64,000 nt of DNA from Octopus vulgaris (GCA_951406725.2 OX597825.1:27776001-27840000), one strand, 5' to 3'. Positions 15,021 to 30,694 are shown, numbered from the stretch's first letter. The notes: generated by a model from the sequence alone, not told the origin. Translations and numbers: made by a program.

Positions 15021-15589
15021 GCCCTGATGCAGTACCAGGCAGTGACTCTCGTGGCTTCTGGTCTTAACTGATTGGAATTGTTATCATGTACATTATTTTG
15101 TCTTGGTATAAAAGATGGACTACAGCAAATATTCTACTCAATGCAACAGATTTGCTTGTCAGTTGTTTGACCTTAACCAGTTGACCATGTCCATTAGTGG
15201 CTGACGATATGCGCATCTCTGATAGCGAGCAGAAGTAGTGGGGGAGCATCATAGCCATGTGTTGAGAGGAATTCTTTGGGGTTTGAATGATTCATCACTG
15301 GAGACATGAGTGTTTCGTTCAACATCATTAAACAATCCTTATTCAGGGACCTTTTGAGCTGGATGGGTTACTCAACCAGAAGAAAATTCTATCTGGGCCT
15401 CACCTGCAAGGTCATGTTCTGTCTATCTTGATATGAGATCACCATGTCGCGCACATATGGTTGTGATGCATGTGCCTGGTGTACCCTTATGGGTCATGAT
15501 GGTGTGTCCTTATGGGTCATGATGGGTATACCGGGCATCGCATATTTTACCCCAGTGTCACTTTGATGGCATACACTGCTCTCTCACTC
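15021..15589 (+). mobile_element. (AAT)n-embedded ~570 bp element, copy 4
   Basis: gccctgatgcagtaccaggc ... ctctctcactc with AAT flanks; small internal duplication ccttatgggtcatgatgg near 15485-15525. Confidence 0.85.
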
Positions 15590-16287
15590 AATAATAATAA
15601 TAATGATATTGTTGTTATTGATGTTGTTGCTGTTTTTGTTATTGTTTATAAATTTACTTTTACTTTTTGCTGTTGTTACTTTATAAATTTATTTTTATTT
15701 TTGTTATTGTTATTTTCATTACAGTCGAAATTCTTAACTGTGAATTTATTTTATCGCCATTGGTCGGCCTAAATGTAAATTTGCTATGTACAGGATTTGA
15801 AATCCCGCTTTTATACGGTTGTGTCTATAGTGATGGAGCGGTTAAATGCAGTTAGTATAATACCAATCCGTACCCCAAATTTCTTACCGTATTCCTAACT
15901 TAGGACTATTAGTTTTCATTGACGCTAGGACAATCGTTAATGTATAGGAATCGTTTGAGCGTCGACATTTATTCCCAATCTTTATACTGAGTTCAAGCCC
16001 TACCATGATCCAGTTCATCGGTTCAAGCTTGATAGCATAATGCTGCAGTCTATGAACTGGAGACGATGATATCAGCTTATATGTTCCCTCAAATGTCTTG
16101 ACCTTGTACCTATATGAGAATCTAATGTTTGTAATATAGGTAGAAGTGCAGAAAGTTATAAAATAAAAAATACCTAAGAGGCGATCACATGGCTCTCAGT
16201 ACTTAAATGGTAACTCTGTAAGTCACTGTTTCTAAAGATGTTTCCAATTCACCACCTGTATAATTTCTGATATACACACATGTTATA

Positions 16288-16590
16288 TGTTCCTTCTCGA
16301 GCCATGCCTGGCTCATAAGGGCCGCTTTCCCGGTTTCTTGGTGTATAGGTTCCCCACCTGGACGGGACGCCGGTCCGTCGGAGGTGAGCTGCAAGATGCA
16401 GGGGGAAAAAGTGAGAGAAATTTGTGGCGAAAGATTCAGCAGAAGTTCGCCATTACCTTCTGCCGGAGCAGTGTGGAGCTTAGGTGTTTTCGCTCATAAA
16501 CACACACATCGCCCGGTCTGAAATTCGAGCCCTGGACCGCGATCCCTCGACCGCGAGTCCGCTGCTTTAACCACTAGACCATATGCTTCC
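16288..16590 (-). mobile_element. tRNA-derived SINE, family C
   Basis: Minus-strand head ggaagcatatggtctagtggttaaagcagcgg...ggctcgaatttc has A-box- and B-box-like motifs; GC-rich body. Confidence 0.75.
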
Positions 16591-16923
16591 GATATAGATA
16601 CAGTGACTGCAAAAACAATAATAACTAAATAAATAAATAAATAAACATCGTTGACCATTGGCGAGTACGAGTAATTGTTCTGCTTTTCAAAGGGACACAA
16701 CTCGTCTTTGTTGTCTCACGCAGTGTTAGGCATATTAGCTAAATCTCTCGCAAATCTCACTGTCTTAGAAATTATATCAAAAACATAATTTTCTTATGTA
16801 GAATTGTAAACAACATCAATTATGATTGATGGTGATGGCAGAAGGGAAGGTTGGCGATTCGATCATCACTGGAACGCTTTTGACCATACATAGCCCTGAG
16901 TAATCAGATCTACCTAGTGCTAA

Positions 16924-17011
<88 letters not shown>

Positions 17012-17646
17012 TACGACTACGACTACAACTATTACTACTACTGTTGCTGCTGCTACTATTACTACTACTAGACTGACAACAACAGCATAAAGAACAAAAA
17101 CAAATGCAACAGCAACAAAAGTAGCAACAACAAAAAATACGTAGTCAAGAATCAGAAAAACAGCCAAAAACAAACACAACAACAATAACTAACAAAGTGA
17201 ACAACAACAACAATTAGAGCCATATTATAGCAACAAGCATCTTAAGCTGCTTAATGCCACCCGACCAGACTTAATCCGGGTACTTTTGTTCATGAATTTA
17301 TGATTTATTTGCTTATCTGTTGTATTTTAGTTGTTTTATTTTTTTACTTTTCTGGGCGTGTCGTGCTCAACCAATGAAAATTCGTAGATTTAATCCAATT
17401 TTGACAGGTTTCTAATAAGGACAGCCTTCTTAAAGCCCGCCCCTTTTTAGCATCTGCACGCCTACTCTACACATCGACTCCGCCTACGGAACTAATTAGC
17501 TAAACTTCCCAACCTCTAACCCTAAGCACGTTTAATATAATCATAATTATGATGATAATTATCGTTGAGATACTTCTCTGACGACCACAGTCAGTTTCTT
17601 TAATTTCTTTTCACCAACACCACTACAACCACATCCGTTTCCAGAA

Positions 17647-17775
17647 TATCATCATCGTCATCATCACCATCACCACAACCACCACCACCACCATCATCAT
17701 CATCATCTTCATCATCTTCATCATCTTCATCTTCATCATCATCGTCATCATCACCATCACCACAAGCACCACCAC

Positions 17776-17823
<48 letters not shown>

Positions 17824-17926
17824 TATCATCTTCATCATCGTTATTATCATCATCATCATCATCATCATAATCACCCTCATCACTATCGATACCATAGTCA
17901 AATCTAATATCATCGGCATCATCATC

Positions 17927-17982
<56 letters not shown>

Positions 17983-18048
17983 CAACCACACCACCACCAC
18001 CACCATCATCATTATTATCATCATCATCGCCGTCGTCGTCGTCGTCAT
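17647..18048. repeat. (CAT)n/(CAC)n low-complexity tract
   Basis: Directly visible; the source of the poly-D/poly-M ORFs. Confidence 0.9.
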
Positions 18049-19145
18049 TTTCCCATTATAATCCCAGCAACCGTCAACACTATCACATTAAATACCCTTG
18101 CCATCGCTACCGACAGCATCGTCATCAGCATCATCAACATCAGCAACAGCAACACTAAGCACTAAACAGGCGTAATTATAACCTGCAGGTAGTATTTCCA
18201 TAATCCGACCTTTACTTTCTAAAAAAATAAATAAACAACTATCCACCACATTTAACCATTGCCACTAACCTCTAAATGTCGCAGTACATACTTACTTACT
18301 ATTTAGTACATCAGCGAAGCTGATTCATCCTCCTAATACTTATCATCATCATCATTATTGACACCCGTAGAAAATGTTAATGAGGTCACAATAGACATGA
18401 TGGTCGGCGCTCAGGGATGTAAAGTGCTCTAACGCTACTTAGCTAGTATTTTCACGTATGTGTACAGTCGAAAAAATTTAAGTGGTTCCCATGATTTTGT
18501 TAAGTGTTTCATTGAATTCTCGTATTAATCATTACTTCTTGTATTAATTATTTGTATAAGTTTTATTTTTCTTTAATTGTTTCCGTTATGTTTTATGAGT
18601 GTTTAACTTAACCCCATACTTTAGTAGTTATGCAACTGTTGGTTTCAGAATACATGCGTGTACTAAATAGAAGCTGGAGCCATTGAAAAGTAATAATTGC
18701 TGTCCGATTTCAAAGAGATAGCGGGTTTTCTGCAGTACTTTGCAAAAATACTTGAAACGAGCCAAAGTTTGTGTACTTCGAGGCTTTAGTCATCAATATC
18801 GTCTGCTATCGTGGTACCCTTTGTTTTCGGCACAGGGAACCACGATCAATTGTTCATAGCAGATGAAGTAGAGGACTAACACGGCAGATATTCAACTGGC
18901 GAATAGACAGGTTGGGATAGCCTCCATAACAAAATGTAAGCTGTTGTAACCAGTCACGTTCGCTACACGCTTGTCAGATTTCTATTGATATTGGCAACGC
19001 GGAATCAGAACATTCTAAGATCACTGCACTAAATTATGTTGATGTGGCAACAGAGGATATACAACACGACGATCATTAATAGACAAATTCTGCTGCATGG
19101 AAAGTTTCTCTGATGATGACGCCAAGAAGTTAGTGGTTGTCTTTA

Positions 19146-20981
19146 CCTCTACCACTTACGTACCACAACCCCGTTTATTTTTCTACATTTCCTGATGTGT
19201 CAAACATTCTCTGCGCCTCACTAAACCATTATGTCAATTCCCTACTTCTCAGAACCTTTCTAGAACTTCTTGTCCATGTCTTTCCGACAGGTGTTAATCT
19301 GCTGTAGTTTAAACGAGCATTAACAACGTGACGCACAGAGGCAGAGGACCATCTTCTACACTAAAGTGTTCCCTCTCACTCAACTCAGCAGTTAAAGAAG
19401 AAGTATATACAAACTCATGCATACATAGACACGTGATCTACGGCCTGTCTTTGGCATGTTAAACTTGGTGGATCTCCTCCCAACCAATACGGGATTTCAC
19501 TTAATTCAAAGAGCGGAGAGAAATTTTCTACAAAATGTGGTTCTAACTCTTCAAAATAAACGTCGTCTTTCAACTTTTGCAGATTGCAAGCCTCAACCCT
19601 TGCCTATATATCGTCACCCACAACATCATGAGAGTAGGTTTGATTGGATGTGAGATCAAATATGCAAAACGTTTCACGTCCATTTTAGCCAGCATCTGGT
19701 CAGATGCAGTACTGAAAGACCGAAAAAATTATACGATCTACGACATATATCTACGGCCTTTCCACCATACAAGATACGTTACTCAGCTATTCAGAACTAG
19801 ATCTAGCTTCTTTGGTGATCTGAGCAATGTAGATCAATACGAAACCACCATCCATTTGGACGTAGCACTAAGAATAATTGTTTTCTATCACATCCTCGAT
19901 TTGAAAGTACACCCATTTCTTTACAATGGTAAAACGTCACGGCCATTTATCAGAACAGTATTGCACGCTCGCTCTGTTCAAGAAGTCCCATTCCCCACTT
20001 ATTTCTAATGTTTTGTTGTTGTTTTTTTTTGGTGGGGAGTAGTTTTAAAAATACCTGAATGACATTAGGTTAATATGTGGAATACTTTGAATTCGGGGTG
20101 GCCGATTTTAGTCAAAACGTAACAGGAATGTTCATTCAATGGGGAAATTTGGCGAGCTTGCGATTGTCTCGTACAAGCAATGTGAGTTCAGCACTTCTAA
20201 GTGCCAGAGTCTGCTTTTGTGCAACCTACAGCAAGACATAAGCAGGAATTTCATGTGCTCAGTATATCAGGAATAGACTTGTGGAAACTGTTCCTCGTAT
20301 GTCGGGAGGAAGTGGTTAAGGGGAAGACTCGATCACCCTAAGTGTGACCATTGTCCACCAGCTACAACTCTCAGTGATTAGCATAACCTTTCACTATGCT
20401 TTTAGGAAGCATCTGACCAGATGCTGGCTAAAATGGACGTGAAATGTTTTGCATATTTGATCTCACATTCAATAAAACCTACTCTCATGATGTTGTGGCT
20501 GATGATAAATAGGCAAGGGTTGAAGCTTGCAATCTGCAAAAGTTGAAAGACGGCGTTTATGTTGAAGAGTTAGAACCACATTTTGTATAAAATTTCTCTC
20601 CGCTCTCCCTCTCTTTGAACTAAGTGAAATCCCGTATTGGTTGGGAGGAGATCCGCTAACTTTAACATGCCAAAGACAGGCCGTAGATCACGTGTCTGTG
20701 TATGCATGTATGTATGAGTTTGTATATACTTCTTTAACTGCTGAGTTGAGTGAGAGTGAACACTTTAGTGTAGAAGAGGTTTCTCAGCCTCTGAGCGTCA
20801 CGTTGTTTATGCTCGTTTAAACTACAGCAGATTAACTCCTGTTGGAAAAACATGGACAAGAAGTTCTCGAAAGGTCTGAGAAGTAGGGAATTGGCATAAT
20901 GGTTAGTGAGGCGCAGAAAATGTTTAACACATCAGGAAATGTAGAAATATAAATGGGGTTGTGGTACGTAAGTGGTAGAGG
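19146..20981. mobile_element. Non-autonomous DNA transposon with ~560 bp terminal inverted repeats and TA flanks
   Basis: 19146-19707 is a diverged reverse complement of 20409-20981. Termini TA|CCTCTACCACTTACG ... CGTAAGTGGTAGAGG|TA. The ~700 bp core has no transposase I can recognise. Confidence 0.85.
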
Positions 20982-21141
20982 TACAAGTCCACGAAACCCA
21001 AGGAATATAGTTCAAATCCGACCGCGTTGAATTTTACCGTTTATTCTTTTCATTTCGATGACTTAAGACAGTCAAATACTAGGGTCAATTCTTCTCTAAC
21101 TTTTCTAGTCTCTTAGTCTCTCTCTCTCTCTCTCTCTCTCT

Positions 21142-21215
<74 letters not shown>

Positions 21216-22140
21216 AACAGACAGAGGGAGACGAAGTGAGATATTTATGTATATATATATATACATATATATCTCAATTCATCTCCCTCTGTCTCTCTTT
21301 CTTTATCTGTCTGTAGCTCTTCCCCAACCTCTCTCCATCTCCATCTCCATCTCCCTCATTCTCTCCCTCACTCGCTCATAAATCGACTGAGTGTAGAACA
21401 GGAGATGGATGGATTCAACCAAGTTCAAAATGTTCACGACACAGCATGTATTTTAACGGCGCCCTTTCGAAATTCATCAGACGCTGAAGGCAACAGCGCA
21501 ATATCATATATTAAAGAATATCTTTGATTTCGTTACTCTTTTTACTGTTTCAATTGTTATTTATGCTCTTACCATTCTAATCGATGGGAATTCTGCATTG
21601 TATTTATTTTCTTGTTGTCTTTTGTAAATCTCTTACATAACTTCCTTAATGCTCCTTTATTGACTATAACTAATATAAATGTCTTTAATACCTGTTTGTT
21701 GCGGAACAGTTTTCACTGTTTAGCTATGTTATCATACGTAGTGAAGTTAAACTTGCATCAGGCTCTGTTTCGACATTCATAGAGAAGAGTAAAAGAAATA
21801 ACAGTATAATATATTGGGCATGTATGTATGTAGAGTGGTGTCTGTATGACTGTGTTTGTATGTATGTGTGTTGTGTGGAGGCATGTGAGTGTGTGTATGT
21901 CTTTGTGTGTGTGTGTGATTGTGTATGTATGTTTATGAGAATGTGCACAAACGGTTCCGAATTACTAGTACTTCCTCGAGAGTAAGAGAGATAGGGAAGA
22001 GAGAGAGAGGGAGGGAGGAAGAAAAAGGGAGAGACAGAGAGAAATACTGATAGAAATATATACAAGCGATAATGGCCTCTCATGCTAACCTAATATTCAC
22101 ACTTCTTTGCATACATAAGTACATACATACACACACACAC

Positions 22141-22209
<69 letters not shown>

Positions 22210-22229
22210 TGTGTGTGTGTATGTATGTA

Positions 22230-22378
22230 CTTGTGTCTGTGTCTGAAACTTAGCGGTTCGGCAAAACTCACAGATAGAATAAATACTAGTCGATTTGTTC
22301 GATTAAAGGCGTTACCCGGGCAAGGCCGCAGTGAAAATGACTGAAACAAGTAAACGAAAAAAAGAATGTAAGAATGTA
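22230..22378 (+). mobile_element. SINE family A, 3' part
   Basis: aacttagcggttcggcaaaa ... aaatgactgaaacaagtaaa. Confidence 0.7.
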
Positions 22379-22379
22379 A

Positions 22380-22423
<44 letters not shown>

Positions 22424-22686
22424 GAACACACATATACACACATGTGTATGTGTATGTATATATGTACATACTTACATATATATTCGTGTGTTATGTGTGT
22501 GCATGTGAGTGTTTGTACGTATATAAAATTACCTCTATACATTTATAATGATGTGTCTGCATGTAAGCAGACACTGCCGCTTAATCCTTAGAACATCTTA
22601 ATCCCTTCTATAATAATGCAGTAATTAATATTTGATGCGTGACAGATAAGAAATTTCTAAGTAGCTAAATTTTGATAATAATATTT

Positions 22687-23228
<542 letters not shown>

Positions 23229-25036
23229 TGGGTGTGTATATACCTACATTTATATTGAGACATGAAATCATATATGTCGTTTATATATAACATAGTCCTA
23301 TATATGCATAGGACTGTGCGTTTAAGTCTTCTGTATCTCAATAAGTTCATACGCGAAGACAGGGATTAATAAAATATATCCAGTTGGACTGAGTCAACAT
23401 ATTATGGACACTAAAATCCTCTAATTCACACATCATATATTTATGTTTTACGTTCTGTATCTCTCCCTCACTTCCCCTTTCAGCTGTTTCTTTCTCTTCC
23501 CTTTCTCTCTGTCGCTCTCACTTTGTTTTTGGCTCTAGTTATATCTCATTTCTAGCTAAACCTCTAAATCAATAAACATATTCACTATATTTATTATTTC
23601 CTCATTTTTTTTTTAAAGTTAATCATTTCAAACACAAATCAATATATTTTTTTTTACAAAATAGAATCATATCATGTGTGTATGTGTGCGCAACTGAGTT
23701 TGAGATCGTGTGTATTTGCGTGTTTGCATTTATGCGTATGTCCAAGCATGTATGAACTTTACTGGCTTTCCGAGGGATGTGGACTAAATGCTGTTAAAGT
23801 CTTTTTAGCAATGATATAACCATAATGGTTTATTCGTGGCCGAGTCTGTGCGACAGCTCAGCAATAACAAAATATGCGGCAAGATGAATGACCTGACTAG
23901 TGTAGGTACGAATCCACGTCCTAGAAATATAAGGCAATACAGAATCTATAAAGAATATAAAGAGAGCAAAGTGCATTCCTGTTGGCAGGATAATGAAATG
24001 TCCTCGATAGTGAATTGATTGCAAATAACCGAAAGCGCTTTCTCAGAATGCAGGTCACCATCTCAAGATACATAGTGGAGGTGCTGAGCGTAAGGTAGGA
24101 AAGAAACACTGTTGGGGGTTCTCTCTTGTAGCCATGCATTCGGGCAACGTCTGTAGTGGAGCTGAAATATTTCCCGGGTCTGAAGAGAGAATATTTATTA
24201 GGGATGCTGTTCTAGTAATCTAAGGGTGTACTTGGATAAGAATAATCCTTTGGTGTGCCTTGACAGGAATAACCCCAGCATTTGGATGGGGGCCTCCACT
24301 TCAGTGTTGTCGATGTTTTACAATAAAAATTAAAGGGATTGGCGTGTTCTGCTGATTCTTTCATGAATCAATGCAGGTTTGTCATGTGGCGTTTCGGCTG
24401 CGATCGATGATACATAGTTTGAGTAAATAAGGGTAGTACAAAAGTTAATGTACTCGGCTGTAGAAATCTCTCTCTCTCTCTCTCTCTCTCCCCCTCTCTC
24501 TCTCTCTCTCTCTCTCTTTCAATCTCCCCATATATACATAGATCCAAATCTGCACATGCACGGACTTGAAATACTCTACATATACACGCATGCATGCAAA
24601 ACTACCCTCTTGAAATTGTTGAATTTCCAATGAAGGAGCCATGGTGAAGATTCCAAACCGCCTATTTCTCTATAGACACGAAATCTTGATATATGCATAC
24701 ATAATTAAGGATAAAGTTAAATAATGAACCTATCAGTGGCCGGCATGTAAAAAACCATATAGGTAAAAATTAATATAAATAATTATATAAATATAATTAT
24801 GAATAAGTGTTCTGAGAAACAGCACCTACACACTAGAAATAGATGTCGAAAGACTCTAAAAAATGCCTTTGATTTCACTATATTAATTTTACTAATTCCA
24901 TTTTATTCCTTTGCCCGTTTTCAGGCTTGTGCTAATAAAGTGAAATTTATAGCGGTTGTTTTAGAGTCTTTTGACGTCCATCTTTAGAATGTAGTTTTTT
25001 TTTCTCAGTACCTTTAATTATAACTATATCCATATA

Positions 25037-25458
25037 GGGATCTATTCGGTTTGAACAGCAGTTTTTAACATAATTTCTAGGTAACTAAAAAATGTTAAAC
25101 TTCGTATACTGGTAGAATGTGTTTATAAAACATCTTTTTCTTTTGACTTTATTGAGAAAATTCTATAGTTTGTAAGTTTTTTTCTTTAATTTCTGCAATT
25201 TCAACCTATCAGTGACGTCTATTGAGGTAAATAACATTCTGTGCCGTATGAATATGTCCCTCGTTTAAGAAACAGATTGGGTTTATTTACATTTGTGAAG
25301 AAAAATAGATACCTTCCCCCACCCCTAACTCTAACTCTAACTAACCCTAACCCTAAAACAGATTGAAATGCAATAGATCGATACTAGGGTCATAATTATG
25401 GGTAACAATTTCATATGACACCGCAAGAAAAAACTGCCGTTCAAACCGAAAAGATCCC
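25037..25458. mobile_element. MITE with GGGATC...GATCCC termini and internal CCCTAA-like repeats
   Basis: TIRs gggatctattcggtttgaacagcagttttt / aaaaactgccgttcaaaccgaaaagatccc. Confidence 0.85.
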
Positions 25459-27392
25459 CATAGAGTTATATAGAACTAATGTCGCAGCAAATGCTTAAGT
25501 CTGTTTATGTTTGGAAACAAAAATGTTAAAAGGGTATATGTTGTACATATTGTGTACACGTTTACTAACTGGTATTGTCCATCTTGGTCCAACAACAACC
25601 CCTCTTTTAGGGTGGTGGGGATTAATCGTATTCTTATAGATACAACAGGAAAATTTATTTTCATCATATTATCCGCCATTATATACAAATAAGCAAGTGA
25701 TATTTAATGAAGCTCTGCTTTCTTCTGCCACCCATATATGCGGATGCAGAACAAGACACAGACTTACATATATATTTACAAACAGACATTCGTTCAGCAG
25801 ACATACAATACATTCTTATATAAACTAAAATTACATACACAGAGAATATGAAAATACTACTGCAGCGGCAGAGAGAGAGAGGGGGGGAGGGAGCGTGTGT
25901 GTGTGTGAAACAGAGAGAAAGTTCATATCTGTTTGAAAGATAAATAGTGAAATGAAATGAAAGGTAAATAAATTGAATGCGTCAAAAGTGTGAAAAATTA
26001 ATACGGACAAATGGCGTGGTGCATTTATAAAAATGTAGTAAAAATACAATTTCAGTACGGTGAAACTAACAATAAAATTTACATTATAAATATTCTTATC
26101 TACAGTAAATATATATGTAACACTCAACTGAAGAATGCGCGACAGAGAGAATGGGTAAACACTAGGATGTTTATAAATTAAACAGAGCAATTGTGAGAGA
26201 TAGGTGTAGAGTGAAAATTTGTGATGGGAAGATTGCGTGCGTATATAAAATTTTAAGACAGAGACTGTGAAAGTTCTAAGAGAAAAAGTCTGTTTTACTA
26301 ATTAACTTCATAAAGTTCTACCACTTTAAAGAAAATCAAAAGAAAAACTCTAATACAAATGTATATTTCAACAGCGAAACAAGTTTACAACTTTTCTATT
26401 ATGAATTATCCATTTAAGGATTTAATGCACTGGTCTTTCTCTCTCTTTTATTGCGAAAACAATTTATAATAATTATGCTTGTCATTGTGTTACTGAGCCC
26501 GTCGGTAACGCTTTCTTGTGATTAGAGAAGAGAAAGAGAGAGAGAAAGAAAAAAGGGAGTTAGAAAAAGAGGAAGGAGAAAAAGTGGGAGAGAGAAGCGT
26601 CCATGATATGAGGTAGAGTGAATGTAGCTGTAACGCTTTCACGTGATTAGTTGAAAGGAAAGTGAGGTGAAAGAAAATGAAGAGAGAAAAAGAGAATAAA
26701 AGCGAAGAGTGAGAAAAAAAGAGGGATAAAGAAAAGAAAGAGAGCGAAGCGTCCATGACGTGAGTTAGGGGAATATAATATTTATTACATGTTGAAAAAA
26801 GTTGAATGTAGAAGTGTTAAAAATATAAATTTAGCAGAAGGGTGATGTTCTGATGGTGAGGTTAAAGAAAGGCATGGAGAGAGAGGGGGAGAGAAGGAGG
26901 AGATAGGGGATGGGGAGATAGCGGGGGAAGAGAAGGGAGAGAAGGGAGAGAGATACAGGAGGTGATGATGATGATGGTAGTGGTGGTAGTTTTGGTGGTG
27001 GAGTTGTTTTTTATTTCACCTACCACTTAACGCATGTGCATAATTGAAACTGTGAAATATCCACGCTTTTTCATGGCAGTTATATGCAATTTAACTAAAT
27101 GTCGTATCATATGTACGGGTTATATCTTTTTTTGTTTATGCGAAAAATGGAAAAATAATAGTAAATATTTATTTTATGAGTGTTGTGTATTAAGTTTATA
27201 AAATTGTGCATAAAGCATATAAAGAGTATATATAAAGTGCACCAGGTAACCATCGTTTTCGAATATTTTACCAGTTTTCAATGAGTAGCCGCAGATGAGC
27301 AACTATCTTTTGATACAGATACAACACAGGCTGCGCTTTCAGGTTTTTGGGTAAAGTTTTCAGAAATGACCCAATACGTTTACCATTAATTC

Positions 27393-27427
<35 letters not shown>

Positions 27428-27765
27428 ATATGGGTGTATGTGTATATATGTACTCAACAACATAGACATGGATAATAATTTTTTTCAATGGATTTTTATT
27501 TCTGGTATTAATGCTTTCGTAATGTTGTATTCGGGAATAATTAATCTAGTAATAAATGATCATACATTATCACCATTATAAATAAATGAATGGTAATATG
27601 TGATGTTCCCCTGATTCAAAAATGATTTGCAAAGAGACAGTATGAAACACAAAGTAATGAGATTTTAGTGAAATTTCATTTACGTGTATGCATATAAGTA
27701 TCTTTATATACAAAAATCACATGCTTACAAACATGGACTTTTATATACATATGTATATAAAAAAC

Positions 27766-27806
<41 letters not shown>

Positions 27807-28158
27807 AGTGTGTGTGTGCGTGCGTACTCACACGCATGAAATTATGAAAATTTGTGCGTGAAAAAATTTATTTGTTATTTTATGTTCCCAGTGATTAGTC
27901 TCCAGTCATTTGATCCGGCTCCAGTGAAACGACTAATGATATTGTACTGAATCATTTCATTTGAGGTGACAACCTCCTTCTTTATGGCGCAATTAACACA
28001 CAGCATATACACTGATGTACAACGATATCTACATATATAAAATCACGTATACATATATGTATGTGATTGTGTATGCAAATGTGTGTATGTGTGCGCATGA
28101 ATATGTGTTTCTGTCTGTTTTTGCGTTTTGAATGTATATGTGTGTGTGTGAGGTGTAT

Positions 28159-28211
<53 letters not shown>

Positions 28212-28565
28212 ATTCGTGGTAACTTACAAAATATTAAGCAAAGCTGAAATGCAAATAAAAAAAAAAGAAATGGCTGAATTTCAAATAATTTGTATATAAA
28301 ATAAGTTATAAAATTTCAAAAAAAATTTATTCTTTAAATACATTCAGTGATAGTTTTAATTTACTTTATTTTTTGTCCTTTTAAATAATAATTGAATTTC
28401 GTAGTGTTTGTTGTCCATTTTTCATTTCCTTAAGCATTCATCACGTTTATTGATATCAGGAAATAACAGAGGGTAAAAGAAAAAAAGTAAAAAAACAAAG
28501 CAAGTATTATATTTCATTAAAGTCATATAATAATAGGAAGAGAAATAAATATAAGAAATTTGCCG

Positions 28566-28634
<69 letters not shown>

Positions 28635-29268
28635 ATATATATTATGTATATATATATATGAATATATAAATATATATATATGTATATATATATATATACA
28701 CTTATATATATATATACATGTATGAATATGTATATACATATATACATATATATATGCATATATATATATACATATATGTGTGTGTGTGTGTGTGTGTGTA
28801 TGTGTGTGCATGTGTGTGTGTTTGTGTGTATGTAGGTATGTATGTATATGATTATTGCGAACATAGACAAATTAAATAAATTGAAAACCATATAATCTGT
28901 CTCAAAATTGATCGCTTTGTAACAATTTCCACATTTGATGACAGTAATAAATAATTTACAATTACATTCAGACATCATAATGAATTAATTTAATGTGCCG
29001 GTAGCGAAATATAAACAACAGCGACTTCAAAATAAAATATCAGTCTTAGCATGAAGAATATTACTATGTGGAGCGAAAGAGGATGCGTAGTCGGTCATTC
29101 TACACACAGGGAACAGGAACGAAATCTCATCGTGTCTATACCCTACCGACTTAACAAAAGAAACGTTACCTGGGATTATTAACTTTAAACTTTGCTTGTG
29201 CTCGTTGTGTGCAATCTCTTCACACCACTTAGAAAGAATAATGATTATAATTATATACAGTTCTAAAA

Positions 29269-29455
29269 GGCGGGCGAGCTGACAGAATTGTTAGCATGCT
29301 GAGCAAAATGCTTAGCAGAATTTCGTCCGTTTTTACGTCCCGAATTCAAATCGCGCCGAAGGTGACTTTGCGGTTCATCCATTCCTGGTTGATAAAATAA
29401 ATACCAGTTGAACACCGGGGTCGATGTAATACACTCAATCTCACTCTGGAATTTG
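29269..29455 (+). mobile_element. tRNA-related SINE, family B
   Basis: ggcgggcgagctgacagaattgttagc...ttcaaatc...gataaaataaataccag; colinear with copies at 31686, 34030, 34338 and 47895. Confidence 0.75.
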
Positions 29456-30614
29456 CAGAAAAATTAACCATTTTAATAACGTAAAGATGTTCAAACCATT
29501 TTTAAATTGTCCAAAAAAAAAAAAAGAAACAATTGGCAGACTTGTTTACGTAGATGCTCACACTGTCTTACAAGACAAGGTAACAAAAAACATTCACTAT
29601 GATATTTTTGTCTCGAACGCGGACTGGTATTTGTCACTTTCAAAAGAACTTATCTTGACAAAAGTATGCATATACAAAATAACTTTCGATAACTTCCTTT
29701 GCTTTTCATCTTATGTTTATTGGCTCACTGTTAACCTGGTTTCGACCAACGGCGACATATACTCATGTTTCAGAACTTTTCCCTCAAAATACAGCAAATG
29801 GATTGCTGTTTCTTTCGACAATGCTTGCCTATCTCAATAATTTTAAATTATATAAGAAATGATAACAAATGCGAAATTTTACGCAAGGCTGAATAACGTA
29901 ATATTTCTAATTACGATAAAAGTAAACATTCAGTTTTCAGTCTGTCGTATAATAAAATTGAACGAGACTCAATTACAAGTAACTTTCCGCAAAAAAAATG
30001 TGGTTAAGTAAGATGAATATTAAGCATTCATACGATAATTCATTTAGAGAATTTCAACTTATACTAAAGATCGAACTAATTAACAAAATTCTTTGTATGA
30101 AACTGCCAGAAGTTCAGGCACTAAGAGCAATTAGGTACGTAAGACAAATTTGTTTTCGGGACAACATTTAAGCATTAGTTAAGTCTTGGTATTCAGCAAA
30201 CTTCAGAGATGTCAGTCTGCGAAGCTTCTCAGTTATACAGATATCACGAAAATGAACTTTCAGATTGTGTTATGCAAAATAGGGCAACTATCTTGATATT
30301 TCTTCTATGTTCATGTTTCAGTCATCATACAAGGTTGGAACAAACAGTATTTTATTTCTCAGAACTGGAAAAGATTTTATAAATGAAAGCATGTAATAAC
30401 TGTATCAAATTTTTAGATTTCTAATCAGCTAATTTTGAATAAATTCATTTATGCATACGTGTGTCTGTCTGTCTGTGTGCGTGCGCAAGTGTGTGTATGC
30501 ATGCATATATATGTGAATATACACATGTAAATATCTGTATGTGTGTGTCTCTTTCTTTTTCTCTCTCTGTATAAACTATGTGAGTGTGTATGTGTATATA
30601 TACATGCATTATAC

Positions 30615-30692
<78 letters not shown>

Positions 30693-30694
30693 TT

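Noticed and set aside
17600-17989. Asp-rich ORF as an acidic biomineralisation protein exon
   Set aside because: Explained by (GAT)n slippage; I found no convincing splice sites or neighbouring exons.
19577-20008. 143 aa ORF as the transposase of the long-TIR element
   Set aside because: It starts inside the TIR and shows no DDE or HTH motifs.
21455-21490. Minus-strand CTGATGA-ATTTC-GAAA as a hammerhead
   Set aside because: Too short to form stem II, and there is no valid cleavage triplet or stem I.
24010-24440. Higher-GC segment as a possible ancient LINE fragment
   Set aside because: Only vague resemblance; no motif could be read with confidence.
25323-25356. CCCTAA repeats as a telomere or chromosome-fusion site
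   Set aside because: Only a few degenerate units, inside a MITE.
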